This document shows positions 1-11,312 of a DNA stretch of 64,000 bases, piece after piece (positions within the stretch are counted from its first letter, which is position 1; the number at the start of each line of letters is the position of its first letter). The notes beneath the pieces are model-generated. The model had not been told where the DNA came from. It ran no database searches and saw only the letters and a list, made by a program, of their open reading frames with translations. A program made the position numbers and the translations under genes. The DNA lies in NCBI GenBank assembly GCA_013239625.1, contig MU054187.1, forward strand, positions 16,756,941 through 16,820,940, given 5' to 3'. The stretch comes from Lama guanicoe (Eukaryota).

Positions 1-625
1 GGTATCTTGACTATGTGTTGAGAATAGAATAATGAATGAATTTATTTTACATTAGCGTATAAATTTTGACAGCATGGGGATGATTATGATATAAATCAAT
101 CAAAAATTATAAATTGTAGAAATATGTGTACCAAAAAAGGATGGCCAGCGTGGGGTAAAACAGAATCATGAAGGTGCCATATTACCCAAGATATTATCAA
201 TGGCTTTCACAATTTATCTTCTCTACATTTTTTAATATACATAAGGTGGCCAGATTGATGTTGATGCTTTCTATCACAGTGGTATGAACAATATCCTAGT
301 TTGTACTTAGTTGATTTTGAATGGATGAGTTTTTGTTTGTCTAGAAAAAAATGTTTTATGTGTTTAACAAGGACATATATTTTTCCTAGTACATTATTTT
401 CATTTTCTCTAGTACAAGTCTATGTAGTAAAACATAGCACTGTCTTACTGTCTTTTTAATAAACATATTTTTTAATTGAGTCAGGGTCATAAATACTGCT
501 TCTAGTGCTTTCATTCAGGACAGTTAAAAGGTTTCCAGAGATGGCCTGAGTATCCTCACAAATCTTTGTATAGAAAAGGCCCAGAGACCCCATCCTCTTA
601 AGCAATGGGCTGTAGCACTACATGG

Positions 626-759
626 TAGGGTGAGTGTAAAATTTATTGTCCAAACGGAGACACTTTTGAAAGTGAAAAGGAGCACTATCAATAATTACAC
701 CTGGACAACAGGCATAAACCACAACTGTCCTGGGCAAACCAGGACGTATGGTCATCCTG
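626..759 (+). mobile_element. MER81-like hAT-Blackjack non-autonomous DNA transposon, near full length
   Basis: Begins TAGGGTGA, ends GGTCATCCTG (degenerate TIRs); internal TTTATTGTCCAAACGGAGACACTTTTGAAAGTGAAAAGG and CTGTCCTGGGCAAACCAGGACGTATGG match the remembered MER81 consensus. Confidence 0.8.
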
Positions 760-1469
760 TTATATGGAGACAGTACAATGATGTATGGGCAGGATCTTTC
801 AAGCCTAGAATGTGACTTGGTTTAGGATTTTTTTTTTCAGTTTAGTTTTTTTTTTTTTTTTTGAGCTAGAGTATCTTGTGTTGTCTACGTGTAAGTTCTA
901 TTACAGAGCTTTCTAGGGAAACAAACTTTTTTCCCCCATTTGGGAAGAAACATAAGCCATTGTGTATCTTAGATGCTGTGTAGGTGTAGAGGGTCGTTTG
1001 AAGACGGGACGTGTCGCAGTACTGGCAGTTATCTTTACTCCAGGGGCTACTGCTCTCATGGTACTGATGACGAGATAAGAGCTTCTGAAGAGCTATGGTA
1101 GAAATCATGTTTTTTCCCCAGAATTCATTTTGGCAAATTCTTAATATGATGTTAGTTCTCATTTATTAGTTGCTAATTGTATTGAATTATTAGAAGGGAA
1201 AGTAATCTTTGAAAATATGTTAAGCTTTATATTGTGGCCAAATTAAACATATGAAGGAAATGTATGCTCTCTATTCAAGGAATGTGTCTATGAAGCCAAT
1301 TATTCAGTTCTTCTATGACTTGACTTACATTTTGTCTGTTAGATACTGTCAAATTTTGAGAGATATACTAGTAAATTCCATACTCAAATTTATTCAACAC
1401 TTTATTGCCCTTTCAATAATTTTTGTTTTATAGCTTTAAATGATCATGTTGCTGACACATGACATTAAC

Positions 1470-1690
1470 ACATTATTGATGTATGTGTGTATTTAATGCT
1501 GCTTATATCTTCTTCATGAATTGTGATATTTATCATTTTACGTCACTTTTTATCCTTCTTTGTTGCCTTTAGCCTTATAACCCACCTCATCATATATCCA
1601 TTCTTGCTTTCTTTTATTCACATTTGCCCAGTATCTCTTTGTCCATCTTTTTATTCTCAAACATTTTTTAATTGCTGAATTCTTCTTGTG
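1470..1690 (-). mobile_element. Old L1 (L1M/L1ME class) ORF2 endonuclease-region fragment
   Basis: CTTGCTTTCTTTTATTCACATTTGCCCAGTATCTCTTTGTCCATCTTTTTATTCTCAA resembles the antisense of the L1 ORF2 5' region. Confidence 0.55.
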
Positions 1691-2040
1691 TGTATCAGTT
1701 TAGATAGCGAAAAAAAAACTGTTTCAATAACAAATTAACCCTGACATTTCAGAAACTTAAAAAAAAGTAAATACATTTTTCTTGTTTTTTTTGTTTTTGT
1801 GTGCTATTGACTCATCAAATCAAGTAACTTTTTTTTTTTAACTTTATTTTTGACTCTCTAACTCAGTTGCCCTCTATCTGTTGTTGCAATAATCTAGGCT
1901 GTTTCAATCTGTGGTTCCAACATCTCAGCTTGAAGTGTCAGTGTTCACTGTGGTAGGAGGAGAGAAAGGTGGCACCCACGCTTCCCTGTTAAACTATTTG
2001 GCTCACATCTTATTGGCTAAAACTAGTCACCTCAGCCCCT
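1691..2040 (-). mobile_element. MLT1K/L-type MaLR LTR fragment
   Basis: TGTATCAGTT...AATAACAAATTAACCC start and GCTCACATCTTATTGGCTAAAACTAGTCAC motif typical of antisense MLT1 LTRs. Confidence 0.6.
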
Positions 2041-2450
2041 TGAGAGGGGTCCTACTCCCAGGCATGCTTTTCAAATTCAAATCGATGGGTCCACAGCCCA
2101 CCTCCTTTATCAGCTCTCAAAACCTGGGCCACTACACACTTGCCCTAATCACCCCAAGGCCAGGTACCCAACAACTGGGGGCAGCCCTGTGCCCCGGAGC
2201 CCAGAGAAATCATTCAAACCAGCCAATCGGAAGCCTTCTTACCCTGCCTCGTCAGTTCTTTCCCCAGGAAACTATAACAAAGGCACTTGCCCTAGTACTT
2301 CCATCTCCCTCTGCCTCCTGACTGACTCCAGTGCCTCCCTGTGCGGCCCCCTCATCTCGGGAGGGGGTGTGCTCTTTCCTCTTGGGAACTGTAACTAATG
2401 AACTATCTTCAAGCAGCAATTATCTCCTGCTCTGCTGGCCTTACCGTGCT
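2041..2450 (+). mobile_element. MER74-like ERVL solo LTR
   Basis: ATCATTCAAACCAGCCAATC...CTTACCCTGCCTCG...CCCTCTGCCTCCTGAC...CTCTTGGGAACTGT...TCTGCTGGCCTTACC match the MER74 LTR 3' half; explains the GC-rich spurious ORFs here. Confidence 0.7.
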
Positions 2451-2916
2451 TCACATTTGCTATTGCTACCCCATATTTTCAAACGATCCACGTGTTGTAG
2501 TTTATACCACATGTGGTGGAGATGTCTGTGTGGTTGATGACTTTGGGTCCAGCCCCTGGAAAGGCACCAGATTCTCTCCCAGCCTTGGAGGAAAGGAAAC
2601 ACCAGTACATCCATTCAGTTCTCATCTGGATTTTGTGATCCGGCATGCTGAGCATCCTTTCACCGGGCCTCTGTCACCTTGCCTCTAAGCATTCGCAGAT
2701 CTCCAAGAGCCACGCTGTCTCCAGGATCTACTCCTCTTTGAGTGGCCTCTCCAGCTTTAGTCCTGTCTGTCCTGTGCTGGTTGGAGCTTCTGCAAAAAGA
2801 CCTGCATCTGGAGCTCCCTGTGTGCTCCATCAGTGACCACAGGGCTTCTTGCAGGGCTCTGGCTTCGGCTGAGGAAGGCAGACAGTTTAGGATTGTCACA
2901 TACAGGGTGATATACT

Positions 2917-3095
2917 CGGACTCCGGAGCCATACCAATTGGGTTCCAATCCTAGCTGTGCTACTTACTAATAGTGCAATTTAAGTCATGTCACTTAACCT
3001 CCTTGTGCCTCAGTTTCCTCATCTATAAAATAGATATGATGATAATAGTATCTACCTCCTTAGTTTGATGTATGAGTTATTACAGATAAAGCACC
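2917..3095 (+). mobile_element. MIR SINE
   Basis: Core GTCACTTAACCTCCTTGTGCCTCAGTTTCCTCATCTATAAAATAG. Confidence 0.85.
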
Positions 3096-4044
3096 ATGTG
3101 GACATTAGTTCCTTCTGTTATTCATTCTATTGTATAGTCTCCACTTTCTTAATGAAACAAAAGGAACCAACAAAGAGAACACTTTTGGGCCTTGTGACAA
3201 TTTTTGATTCTAACAGGACTGTAAACAACAACTCTGCAGACCTAAGGAAATGAAAAAATCAGAATACCAAGTTTCTACTGCCATCATCACCATATTTGAA
3301 AGGACTTGAAAGTACAAGGCTAAACATCCAATTACCTGAAAAATAAATGCACCTGGTTTCTTAGCTTTCTTAAATTATTGAGGATCTCCGATGAGATAGT
3401 TCATGAAAAGATTTTGCAATTTATGACATGAAAGCTTGTAAAATTTAAATTTGTATTATTGTGAATGTATTTTGTGCCATGAGGGAGGAAATTATATATT
3501 CTTAATTGATTTAGGAAAAAGTTTTAAAACTGATTTTAGGATAAGCAGTATCCCACCTGTTGGGAAGTGACACAAATATATGTCAGGACTAGGAGGGAAA
3601 GAGTTCAAGGGCATCAACACAAAATATGGTCAACATCATAAAAATATAGTTCTTATTGACTCTGTTCATCAGAAACCGTGCTAAAAAGTCAATGAATGTA
3701 AAAGAAACAAAAGAGATCAGAAGAACTTCTTTTTGGATGTCCAGAGATGTTCTATGTCCTGTGTGTATTTTCAGGATCCATGCATAAACGATGTCAGAAG
3801 ATTTAATTTAGATTGGAATCTTTTATGACTCACAAAACCTTGCCCTGCTTAAGAATAAATTAAGAGAAGATACTTCTTTTGGCAGCTTTGAATATTTTAA
3901 TAGAGTAAAAATATATGCTAATTATCTATTCTGTTTCATTATCTGTGGCATACTTTAATTTTAAGCAACTTTTTTTCCTCCTACCCCCAAGTTTCCATCA
4001 ACTACATTTTGGGGGGAATGTAGATTAATTGGATTCTCTTCAGT

Positions 4045-5246
4045 CCTTATCCTCTTCACTGGCATGCAACATTGGCCATTCTTGATCATTGTCTGTTTAA
4101 ACTTCTTTTCTTTCTTGGATTCCGTTTTCTTCTGAGAGTCCTTCTGTTTTTCTCACTGGCTCTTCTTCCACACATGCCTTAAATAATTATGTAATCATCC
4201 TTCTGGACACCTGCTCTGGGTGATCTCATAGTTCCACTCACAGGATGTCCTGGAAATACATAGCTCTAGATCCACTCTCGCTCATTTCCTCAGTCCCGTA
4301 TTCCTACTGCTGCCTTCATAAATCCCTCTGCATGTTCCAGGGGCAGCTTAAACTTAACATGCCTCAGACGGAGCTCAGTACCAGTTGAGCACCCTTCTTC
4401 AGCTGTCCGTACTCCCCATGGTTGATAATGGCACCACATAATCATCTAAATTCAAAAGCTTGGTATTATCCCACCTCCTTTGCTATTCCTCACCTCCATA
4501 ATCCTATCACACCCCAACTCTGGTCTCCTTTTAAATGCAACACAAAAATGGTCTCCAACTCTAGGCCATCATGTTAGTTTGGGTCCCACTCCTCTCTTGT
4601 CTTCTAGGAACAAATAACTTCCTAACTGGTCTTTGAGATTTGGGATTTTGTCTCTGCTACAGTCACCGTCCACACTGTCATTAGAATGATTTTCCTAAAA
4701 CACAGTGTTGATTTACAGTTTCTTTACTCCAAAACTTCCACTGATTTTCAGCTGAATAAAGGTTGCAAACATCCATGAAGCTCTTCATACAGATGTCCCT
4801 CTGCACGTTACCCGCCTCCATTCTCCCTAGCTCTGACTTAGCACAAATATATACGTAAAACAACACTGATTTCCTTCTCCTTCCCTAAACCTGCCTGGTG
4901 CCTTTATATAGGGTCTTCCCCGGCCCAGGATTTCTCTGTCCCTATTCCCTGCCTGGTCAACTCGCACCTGTTCCTCAAGACCTAATTCAAATGTCATTTT
5001 CTTTGCGATTTTCCGAAACAGCCAGGTACTTTCTTAATTCTGCTGCTCCAACATTTGAAAAATCATATCAGCAGAGCAGTTTTCCTATTAAATTTCCATT
5101 ATTTATTTACATGTCATTCTTTTGATTGTCTAGCACTTCAGACTTTTGAGGGCCTCAGAACCCCCTCTTCTTTTTCTACCTTGCCTTTCTTTCTTTATTG
5201 CTCACTAATAGATGTCCAGAAATGCTGGATTAATATGAATAAGTGA
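4045..5246 (+). mobile_element. L2 LINE 3' portion (fragmented)
   Basis: L2 motifs CTTAAACTTAACATG, CCTAACTGGTCT, TCCACACTGTCATTAGAATGATTTT; ends in the L2 tail CTAATAGATG...AATGAATAAGTGAA. Confidence 0.75.
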
Positions 5247-5913
5247 AGGAAAGAGGAAATAAATGTAAAAATATATTTACCAATTGTGGGTAAATATATT
5301 TGTAATATGTTATATAATTATTTCCCTGCAATGCATTTTGCCCAATTTCTTTCTTTTCCTTTTTCTTATTTGATAGAATTACAGTTATTTTTTTCTGTGT
5401 ATGGAAATTTTAATTAAAATTGCAACATTAAAAGAAAAAAGTATAAAATAAATGTAAAATCATTGAGATCAGTACAAATTTTGGACATAGTAAGCATTCT
5501 TGATTAATTTATTTTATACTTAAATATCCACTGAATGAGATGTTATCACACTGACAGAAACCATTCACATGTTAAAATAAGTCAGGCATTGTTTTAAATG
5601 ATTCAGGATGTGTTCTATTTATTTACTAAAGATTTTTTTTTTTGCTTAAAACTTTTAATAAAATAGATGATTCATGTCTTTTGTTGGAAAAAAGAAAAAT
5701 CCAAATCTTCCTTGTCTGTTCTCTGTATAGTCTATAATGAACTCACAGGCATAAACATCCTGATGACATGCTAATTGCCTCCTAAAATTAGTTTCCACAA
5801 ACTATTGAGAACTTTAGTTCTAACGATCAAATGACATCTTTCAGGGTGGTTTATTATTTTTTAAAGCATTGTTGAAAATGATTCTTTTATTTTTCTGAAT
5901 TAGCCCCAGAACT

Positions 5914-6040
5914 GTTTTTTTTTTTAGTTCTTATTTTTTATTGACATGTAATCGATTTACAATGTTAGTTTCATCTGTACAGTAAAGCAATTCAGTTATA
6001 CATGTGCATACATATCTATATATATTTTTTCAGGTTCTTT
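5914..6040 (-). mobile_element. L1 3' end (cetartiodactyl type), 5'-truncated
   Basis: T-tract then TTGACATGTAATCGATTTACAATGTTAGTTTCATCTGTACAGTAAAGCAATTCAGTTATAC, the antisense L1 3' UTR terminus. Confidence 0.75.
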
Positions 6041-6209
6041 GACTTTTTGTCAGTGGGATTCTTCCTGTGTCTTTTAAATTGCACTGCCCAGCAGGCTTCA
6101 CCTTCGGTGACTCTTGCTTTCCCACTCTAGCAAGAAAGTGGAAAACGCAAACTCTGATTTGACAGGCAGTTACAGAAGTTCTAATTTACAAACCTATTCC
6201 TCGGCAGTC

Positions 6210-6345
6210 ACAGTGTGGAATGATGAGAATCTGGCATCAAATGAACTAGACTCAAGAATCAGCCTGCCACATATGAGTGCTCATTTAATCTCTCTGAACC
6301 TCAGTTTCTTTATCTGTCAAATAGACATTTTACAATTTATTTAAA
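6210..6345 (+). mobile_element. MIR SINE
   Basis: CATTTAATCTCTCTGAACCTCAGTTTCTTTATCTGTCAAAT core. Confidence 0.75.
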
Positions 6346-6610
6346 TTTGATGATGTTTTCACTACAGTTCAATCTATGTTTATTTGTGCTGTGTCCATTA
6401 CAGTAGAATTACCAAACTGTAGATTGTCATCCTTAATAAAATCACATGCGCATGTTTACTGTCCTTCTAATGTATTTTTTTTAAGAAATGTGGAATACAT
6501 AGACTTCAAGACATGTAGTCCAAAACTTATGGTAAATTCCATTAAAAAGTAACCCATTGGAGAAAACAATAAGGAAACAATGAGCTTATGCAGTATCTTA
6601 CCTACTTCAA

Positions 6611-6700
6611 TGCATATTCAACAAATATTTATTGAACACTTCCTTTGTGTGAAAAGTACTCTGTACTGAGTAATGTACAGAATACATGATTTTCTGAAAC
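6611..6700 (-). mobile_element. L2 3' end
   Basis: ATTCAACAAATATTTATTGAACACTT, the antisense L2 tail. Confidence 0.65.
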
Positions 6701-8444
6701 AAGTAGGTTTTAGGTTTTTCCATCTTCTGGAAATGTGTAGTTCCATAAATGACTCATCATCCATTGATTACTTGAATCCTTAATTCAAAAGTCACCTTTT
6801 CTTATTCAGCATTAATCTGCCATGCATTTCACTGAGTGCTCAAATTCAGTCAAATGACCAGTATTTTTAATATATCTAAGAAATGCCTTTCACTATGGTT
6901 AAGAAGTTATGAAACAATATTTATAAAAAGCAAGCATGAAGATAAAATGCAACAGATGACTTCCTGGTATATTCGCAGTATAGATGGTCTTTGAGAGACA
7001 GAGAGTTGGTAACAATTGTTTCTAAATTCAAATTTTTTTCACATTGTAAGGCAAAACTATGTATACTTCACAAAATCATGTTTTTGTTGGGATTTGAGGC
7101 TGATAAAATCCACTCATCTTTGTATGAGTTGTCAAAAAATAAAAAATAAGACATAAGAACATATAGATGAAAATCAGTATATCAGTTTTATTATTCAAGC
7201 TGTTGAGAGAATATGGCTTAAATGTGCACCCAATTAGCTTTCCTAATACCTTCCCTTTCTCACATACCCACCCCAAACTGGAGGCTTCTCTGATTCTATT
7301 ACGAATCTCCAAGGTGTAAATTCTGTCAGTGTAGACCTACCAAGATAGAGAAGCAGATAAGGGAGCATCTTGAGGACAGGTTCTCAGAAGGGGATGAATT
7401 TAAAGGGGACAGAATCAGGCAAGGTCAGCTCCTTCTAAATTCACTAATTAGTGAATTCACTCCTTCTTCATTAGAAATGAAGGAAAACAACTCCATCTTC
7501 TATAAAAACTTGAGGAAGAGTGATAAATGATCCCTCCTGGCATTACCTCATGGGCTACTCATTCACAGTCTTCAGGTCCTTGAGATAACGCATTAGGGAT
7601 TTTTGTTTCAAAAATGTGCATATGTTTGAACACATAATTTTTTAAGATCTAGAACTATGCTTCATGGTCTGTGATGTGGTTTTGGGTCCACAGTTCAAAG
7701 AGAGTCTTCCAAAATTTATAGAAAACTTATATGATTTTGAAGGTGAGAAGATCCTAAAATGTAACTAAATACTTTCATATATAAGGAACTTAAGGTCCAC
7801 AGAATTTGAGAGGCTTGGCTAATGACATGCATCATGATTTCTCTTCCAAAAGGAGTCCTTTTAATCTTCAGTGTTAGTGCCTGGCAGGTATCTGGCATTC
7901 AACTCTTCTGTTGAAAGACAGAAAGAAAGAGAGAAAGGGAGAAACTAAGAAAAAATAAAGAGGCATGATTTTTACATTGATTTTGTTACTAACCCAGGTT
8001 TTTTGATGTGATATCACATTTCCTATATGGCAAGAAAGAGAAAGCAGAGTTTTCTCCGTGTATTTGAAGAAACAGAACTGAGAATTCAGACAGACATTTA
8101 TCAACTAAATCATAGCCTTCAAGATTTATTACAATACGATTAAACACATTCCTTTAACCAGCTATACTTACTAATCAATAATTGAAATTTTGTTTTCTGA
8201 CTTGCACTAAATTCATTATGATTTATCAACTGATAGCTTAAAAATTCTCTTAAGTCTTTTAAAATAAATATAATGCAGACTTTTTGGGACAGTAAATTTC
8301 TTCTCTAGGAGATGAGTACATGAGAATCAAGAATTTAAAAATTTTAAAAATTTCTAATTTCCACCTTAGAAAGTAATAACCTGCTGGTACCCATAGAGAC
8401 TAATGGAAACTTGTGTTCATGACCTTGGCTGTTTTGTCAAATAC

Positions 8445-8903
8445 TGTGAAGGGTCTGAGATTTTATCCTTGCAAGTTAATGAGTTAGTCTCACACAGATC
8501 CTAGGATGCTGGCAGAAGACCCAAGATTCTTCAGTTAGAGACAGAGGACTTTATTACTCATGGCCTCAAGCAGTCTGAGCCTATTTGTATCAGTTCTCTT
8601 TGCCCCCAAGTCCCACACAGGATCCAGATGGATGTTTGCATAAACAATGGGTCGCATCGCAGGAGAGGGAAACTGGATGTTTTATCATGGTCAGTACATC
8701 CCTGTTCGTTGCTCTGGAGGAGACTCTCTCTGCCCTCTAGGGCTGGACACACACTTGCACTTTAGAGGAAGATACTATCTTTGTCTTTCAAGGCTGTTTA
8801 CTGTACAAACATTTACGAGAACTGAGTCTGGAATACATGGAGGTCAATACCTCTCCAAGATGTGCAGAAACATGATACACCCATGGAGAACTTTCTCTCA
8901 ATA
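8445..8903 (-). mobile_element. MER76-like (MER54/73/76 group) ERVL solo LTR
   Basis: TGTGAAGGGTCTGAGATTTTATCC...GCAAGTTAATGAGTTAG...GGATGCTGGCAGAAGAC...AGAGGACTTTATTACTCA matches the antisense LTR end including its poly(A) signal; ends ...CCATGGAGAACTTTCTCTCAATA. Confidence 0.7.
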
Positions 8904-8934
8904 GCTCTTTGTTGAATTTAGGTAAAGTACATAA

Positions 8935-9130
8935 GTGCAATGCCTCCAATATTTATTGAGAATCTACTCTATAAAACTTAGTATTAGACACTGTAGGATA
9001 CACAGTGATGGGAAAGCCACGGTCCATGTCCTCAAGGAGTTAAAAGATGTGAGTACACACACATATACTATAAAACACAGTGATGTAAGTGCTCTATCAG
9101 AGATGCTGGAATCCCTGGAGCACAGAGGAA
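8935..9130 (-). mobile_element. L2 3' end
   Basis: AATATTTATTGAGAATCTACT...GGATACACAGTGA...CATGTCCTCAAGGAG. Confidence 0.7.
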
Positions 9131-9139
9131 GAGTTGAGG

Positions 9140-9285
9140 TTGAATTACTTGAGTTTAAATCCAAATCTCACCAATTAGCATCTTGCATGCAGTATTTACC
9201 CTCCTTGCCTGCAGTTTTCTCATTGGTGAAATTTATATTAGTACCTGTCTCACAAGGTAGTTGGGAAGATTAAATGATGTGCTTA
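9140..9285 (+). mobile_element. MIR SINE
   Basis: GAGTTTAAATCC...CAGTTTTCTCATTGGTGAAAT...GTACCTGTCTCACAAGGTAGTTGGGAAGATTAAATGA. Confidence 0.75.
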
Positions 9286-9679
9286 TTATTTATAACTTAA
9301 ATGATTGATTTCTTGAATGTGTGTAAGCATATTTGACTGTCCTTTATGATTGGATTATTGCATTCTTTTGATCCTTATTTTGTGGTTGGCTTTATTCCTT
9401 TGATAACTATGTAAGTTTGAAAAGCTAAAGCTCTAATCTGTACTTAGAAATAATGATCAGTACATAGATGTAAACTGAAAAAAATCGCAGTATATTGTAT
9501 ATATGTATTTATATGCAATGTAATGTGTATGTGCAGCCAAACTATAATAAATCTACCTAATAAAATTGAAGAAGAAAAGAATACATAATAAAAGTGATGT
9601 AAGAAGGGAATCTAAAAAAATGATATATTATGAGAAAGAGCCTTGAATAATTTCTAAAACAAGTTATCTGTTGAAAACA

Positions 9680-9875
9680 TTTTAGCTCTGAAAAATCAGA
9701 CTTCTATCACTTTTTATTATGGTGATCTTCCAAAAAGTTACTTAACTTCTTTTCTGAGTCACATTTTCCTGACTTATAAAGTGGGAGTGATCTCACTGAT
9801 TGACTGTGAGTCATCAATTAAAAATGTAAATGAATATGCTTAATAAAGACTTAAAACTGGTAGCTGCTACTATTA
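9680..9875 (+). mobile_element. MIR SINE
   Basis: AAGTTACTTAACTTCTTTTCTGAGTCACATTTTCCTGACTTATAAAGTGGG. Confidence 0.6.
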
Positions 9876-10050
9876 ATAAAAGGACACATACTGCATATTA
9901 TTCAAGGGATGGGTTTGACTTTCTTCTTTTTACCTTTTAAGTTTCTTCCTCTGATTCACAGCAGGTTGGATAACGCAACAGGGCAGGGCAGGGGGTAGGG
10001 AGAAGGGAAAACATACCAAAAGTCAAGACCTGGTTCTAGTCTTGGTTTTG

Positions 10051-10480
10051 TCATTCATTAATTTATTCACAAAACATATTGACTGACCAATGCCTAGCAA
10101 AAGATAAATATGGCGGAGTTCTTTACCTTGAAAATATTCATATTAGTGGCTTGAGCCACTCGCATTCTCCTGTGTAGCTCAGAGGAAGCAAAGGTGATCA
10201 GGAGGTCACATCTGACCTGTCAGGAAAGATGGGTCAGGACAATGTGGACCAAGATACAGAGACAAAAAAACACACATGTAATGTGTTGTGAGAAAACACT
10301 AAAAAATTTGGTTTAGTCCCCCTTCGAGTCTGAAGGACAGGATGAGTTGATCAGAAGAAGCCAGGCAGGGAAGGATCTAAATGCACTTAAGGGGTTAACC
10401 TCAATTCCATAGGTGCTGAGACTGCCTTTGAGCAAAGCTAGGCAAGAGCAGGACATTTAGAGATCACCCTGTGGATCCTG
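10051..10480 (-). mobile_element. L2 fragment
   Basis: TCATTCATTAATTTATTCACAAAACATATTGA tail followed by degenerate L2 3' sequence. Confidence 0.55.
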
Positions 10481-10855
10481 GAGGCAAACCGACGCTGTCC
10501 TTTCATAGTATATTATGTTAACAAGTAGAAAAGAGTGCTCTGAACTTTACAAACAATAGAAGGAATCATACCACCACATTAAGTGACTTTGACATCCTTA
10601 GTTGTTGGGGGGCTAGAAATACCTGAATTAGGCTCTAAAATATAAATGCTGACCGCTGGGCTAGGGAAAAGACAAGCACTTGGGGTTAAAGTCATACTCT
10701 CCTCCAGCAGCTCAGTGATGGGCAGATAGGGTGTGGCCGAGGGTTCAAAGAGAATTGCCTTGATGCTTCTGGGATCATTTAACTGCTCTCCCCAACCCCT
10801 CCTCACCCCCAGGCCATGAGGACCTGCACTCATTCTATTTCACTATTTAATGTTA

Positions 10856-11177
10856 AAAAAAATACAAATGAACTTATTTACAAAACAGAAACAGACTCAG
10901 ACACAGAAAACAAACTTCTGGTTGGTGGCTGAAGGCGGGGGTGGGAGGGTGGAAAGGGATAAATTGGGAGTTTGAGATTTGCATATACTAACTACTATAT
11001 ATAAAATAGATATACAAGTTTCTTCTGTATAGCACAGGGAGTTATAGTCAATATATCATAGTAACCTATAATGAAAAAGAATATGAAAATAAATATATAT
11101 ATGTACATGTATGATGGAAACATGCTGTATACCAAAAATGGATGCAACACTGTAAACTGACTTTACTTCAGTAAAAA
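10856..11177 (+). mobile_element. Young lineage-specific L1 3' UTR (camelid-like), 5'-truncated
   Basis: ATACAAATGAACTTTATTACAAAACAGAAACAGACTC...G-rich tract...GATAAATTGGGAGTTTGAGATTTGC...AACCTATAATGAAAAAGAATATGAAAAT...AACTGACTTTACTTCAG then A-run; homologous to 20230-20382 and 63166-63360. Confidence 0.85.
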
Positions 11178-11312
11178 GGTTCAACCTAAATATTTACCAG
11201 TATAAAGTACATTATAAAAAAATAACTGCTCGGTGGGAGCTTATTTCTTAACACCGGAGACATTTTTTTCCAAATGTTTACCTGACTTTACAACGTTTAG
11301 TGGAGTTACGTA

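Noticed and set aside
826..1110. Poly-T followed by a CpG-containing segment, possible antisense retrocopy
   Set aside because: No nearby poly(A) signal on the minus strand, no TSD and no recognisable gene or SINE.
1060..1110. CTGATGA core suggesting a hammerhead ribozyme or C/D snoRNA (other CTGATGA sites also checked, e.g. minus strand at about 11459)
   Set aside because: No stem II closed directly before GAAA, and the C-to-D box spacing is far too short for a snoRNA.
1911..2954. Cluster of overlapping ORFs up to 136 aa
   Set aside because: They lie on or next to MLT1/MER74 LTR and MIR sequence, where higher GC lowers stop frequency; no recognisable protein or splice structure.
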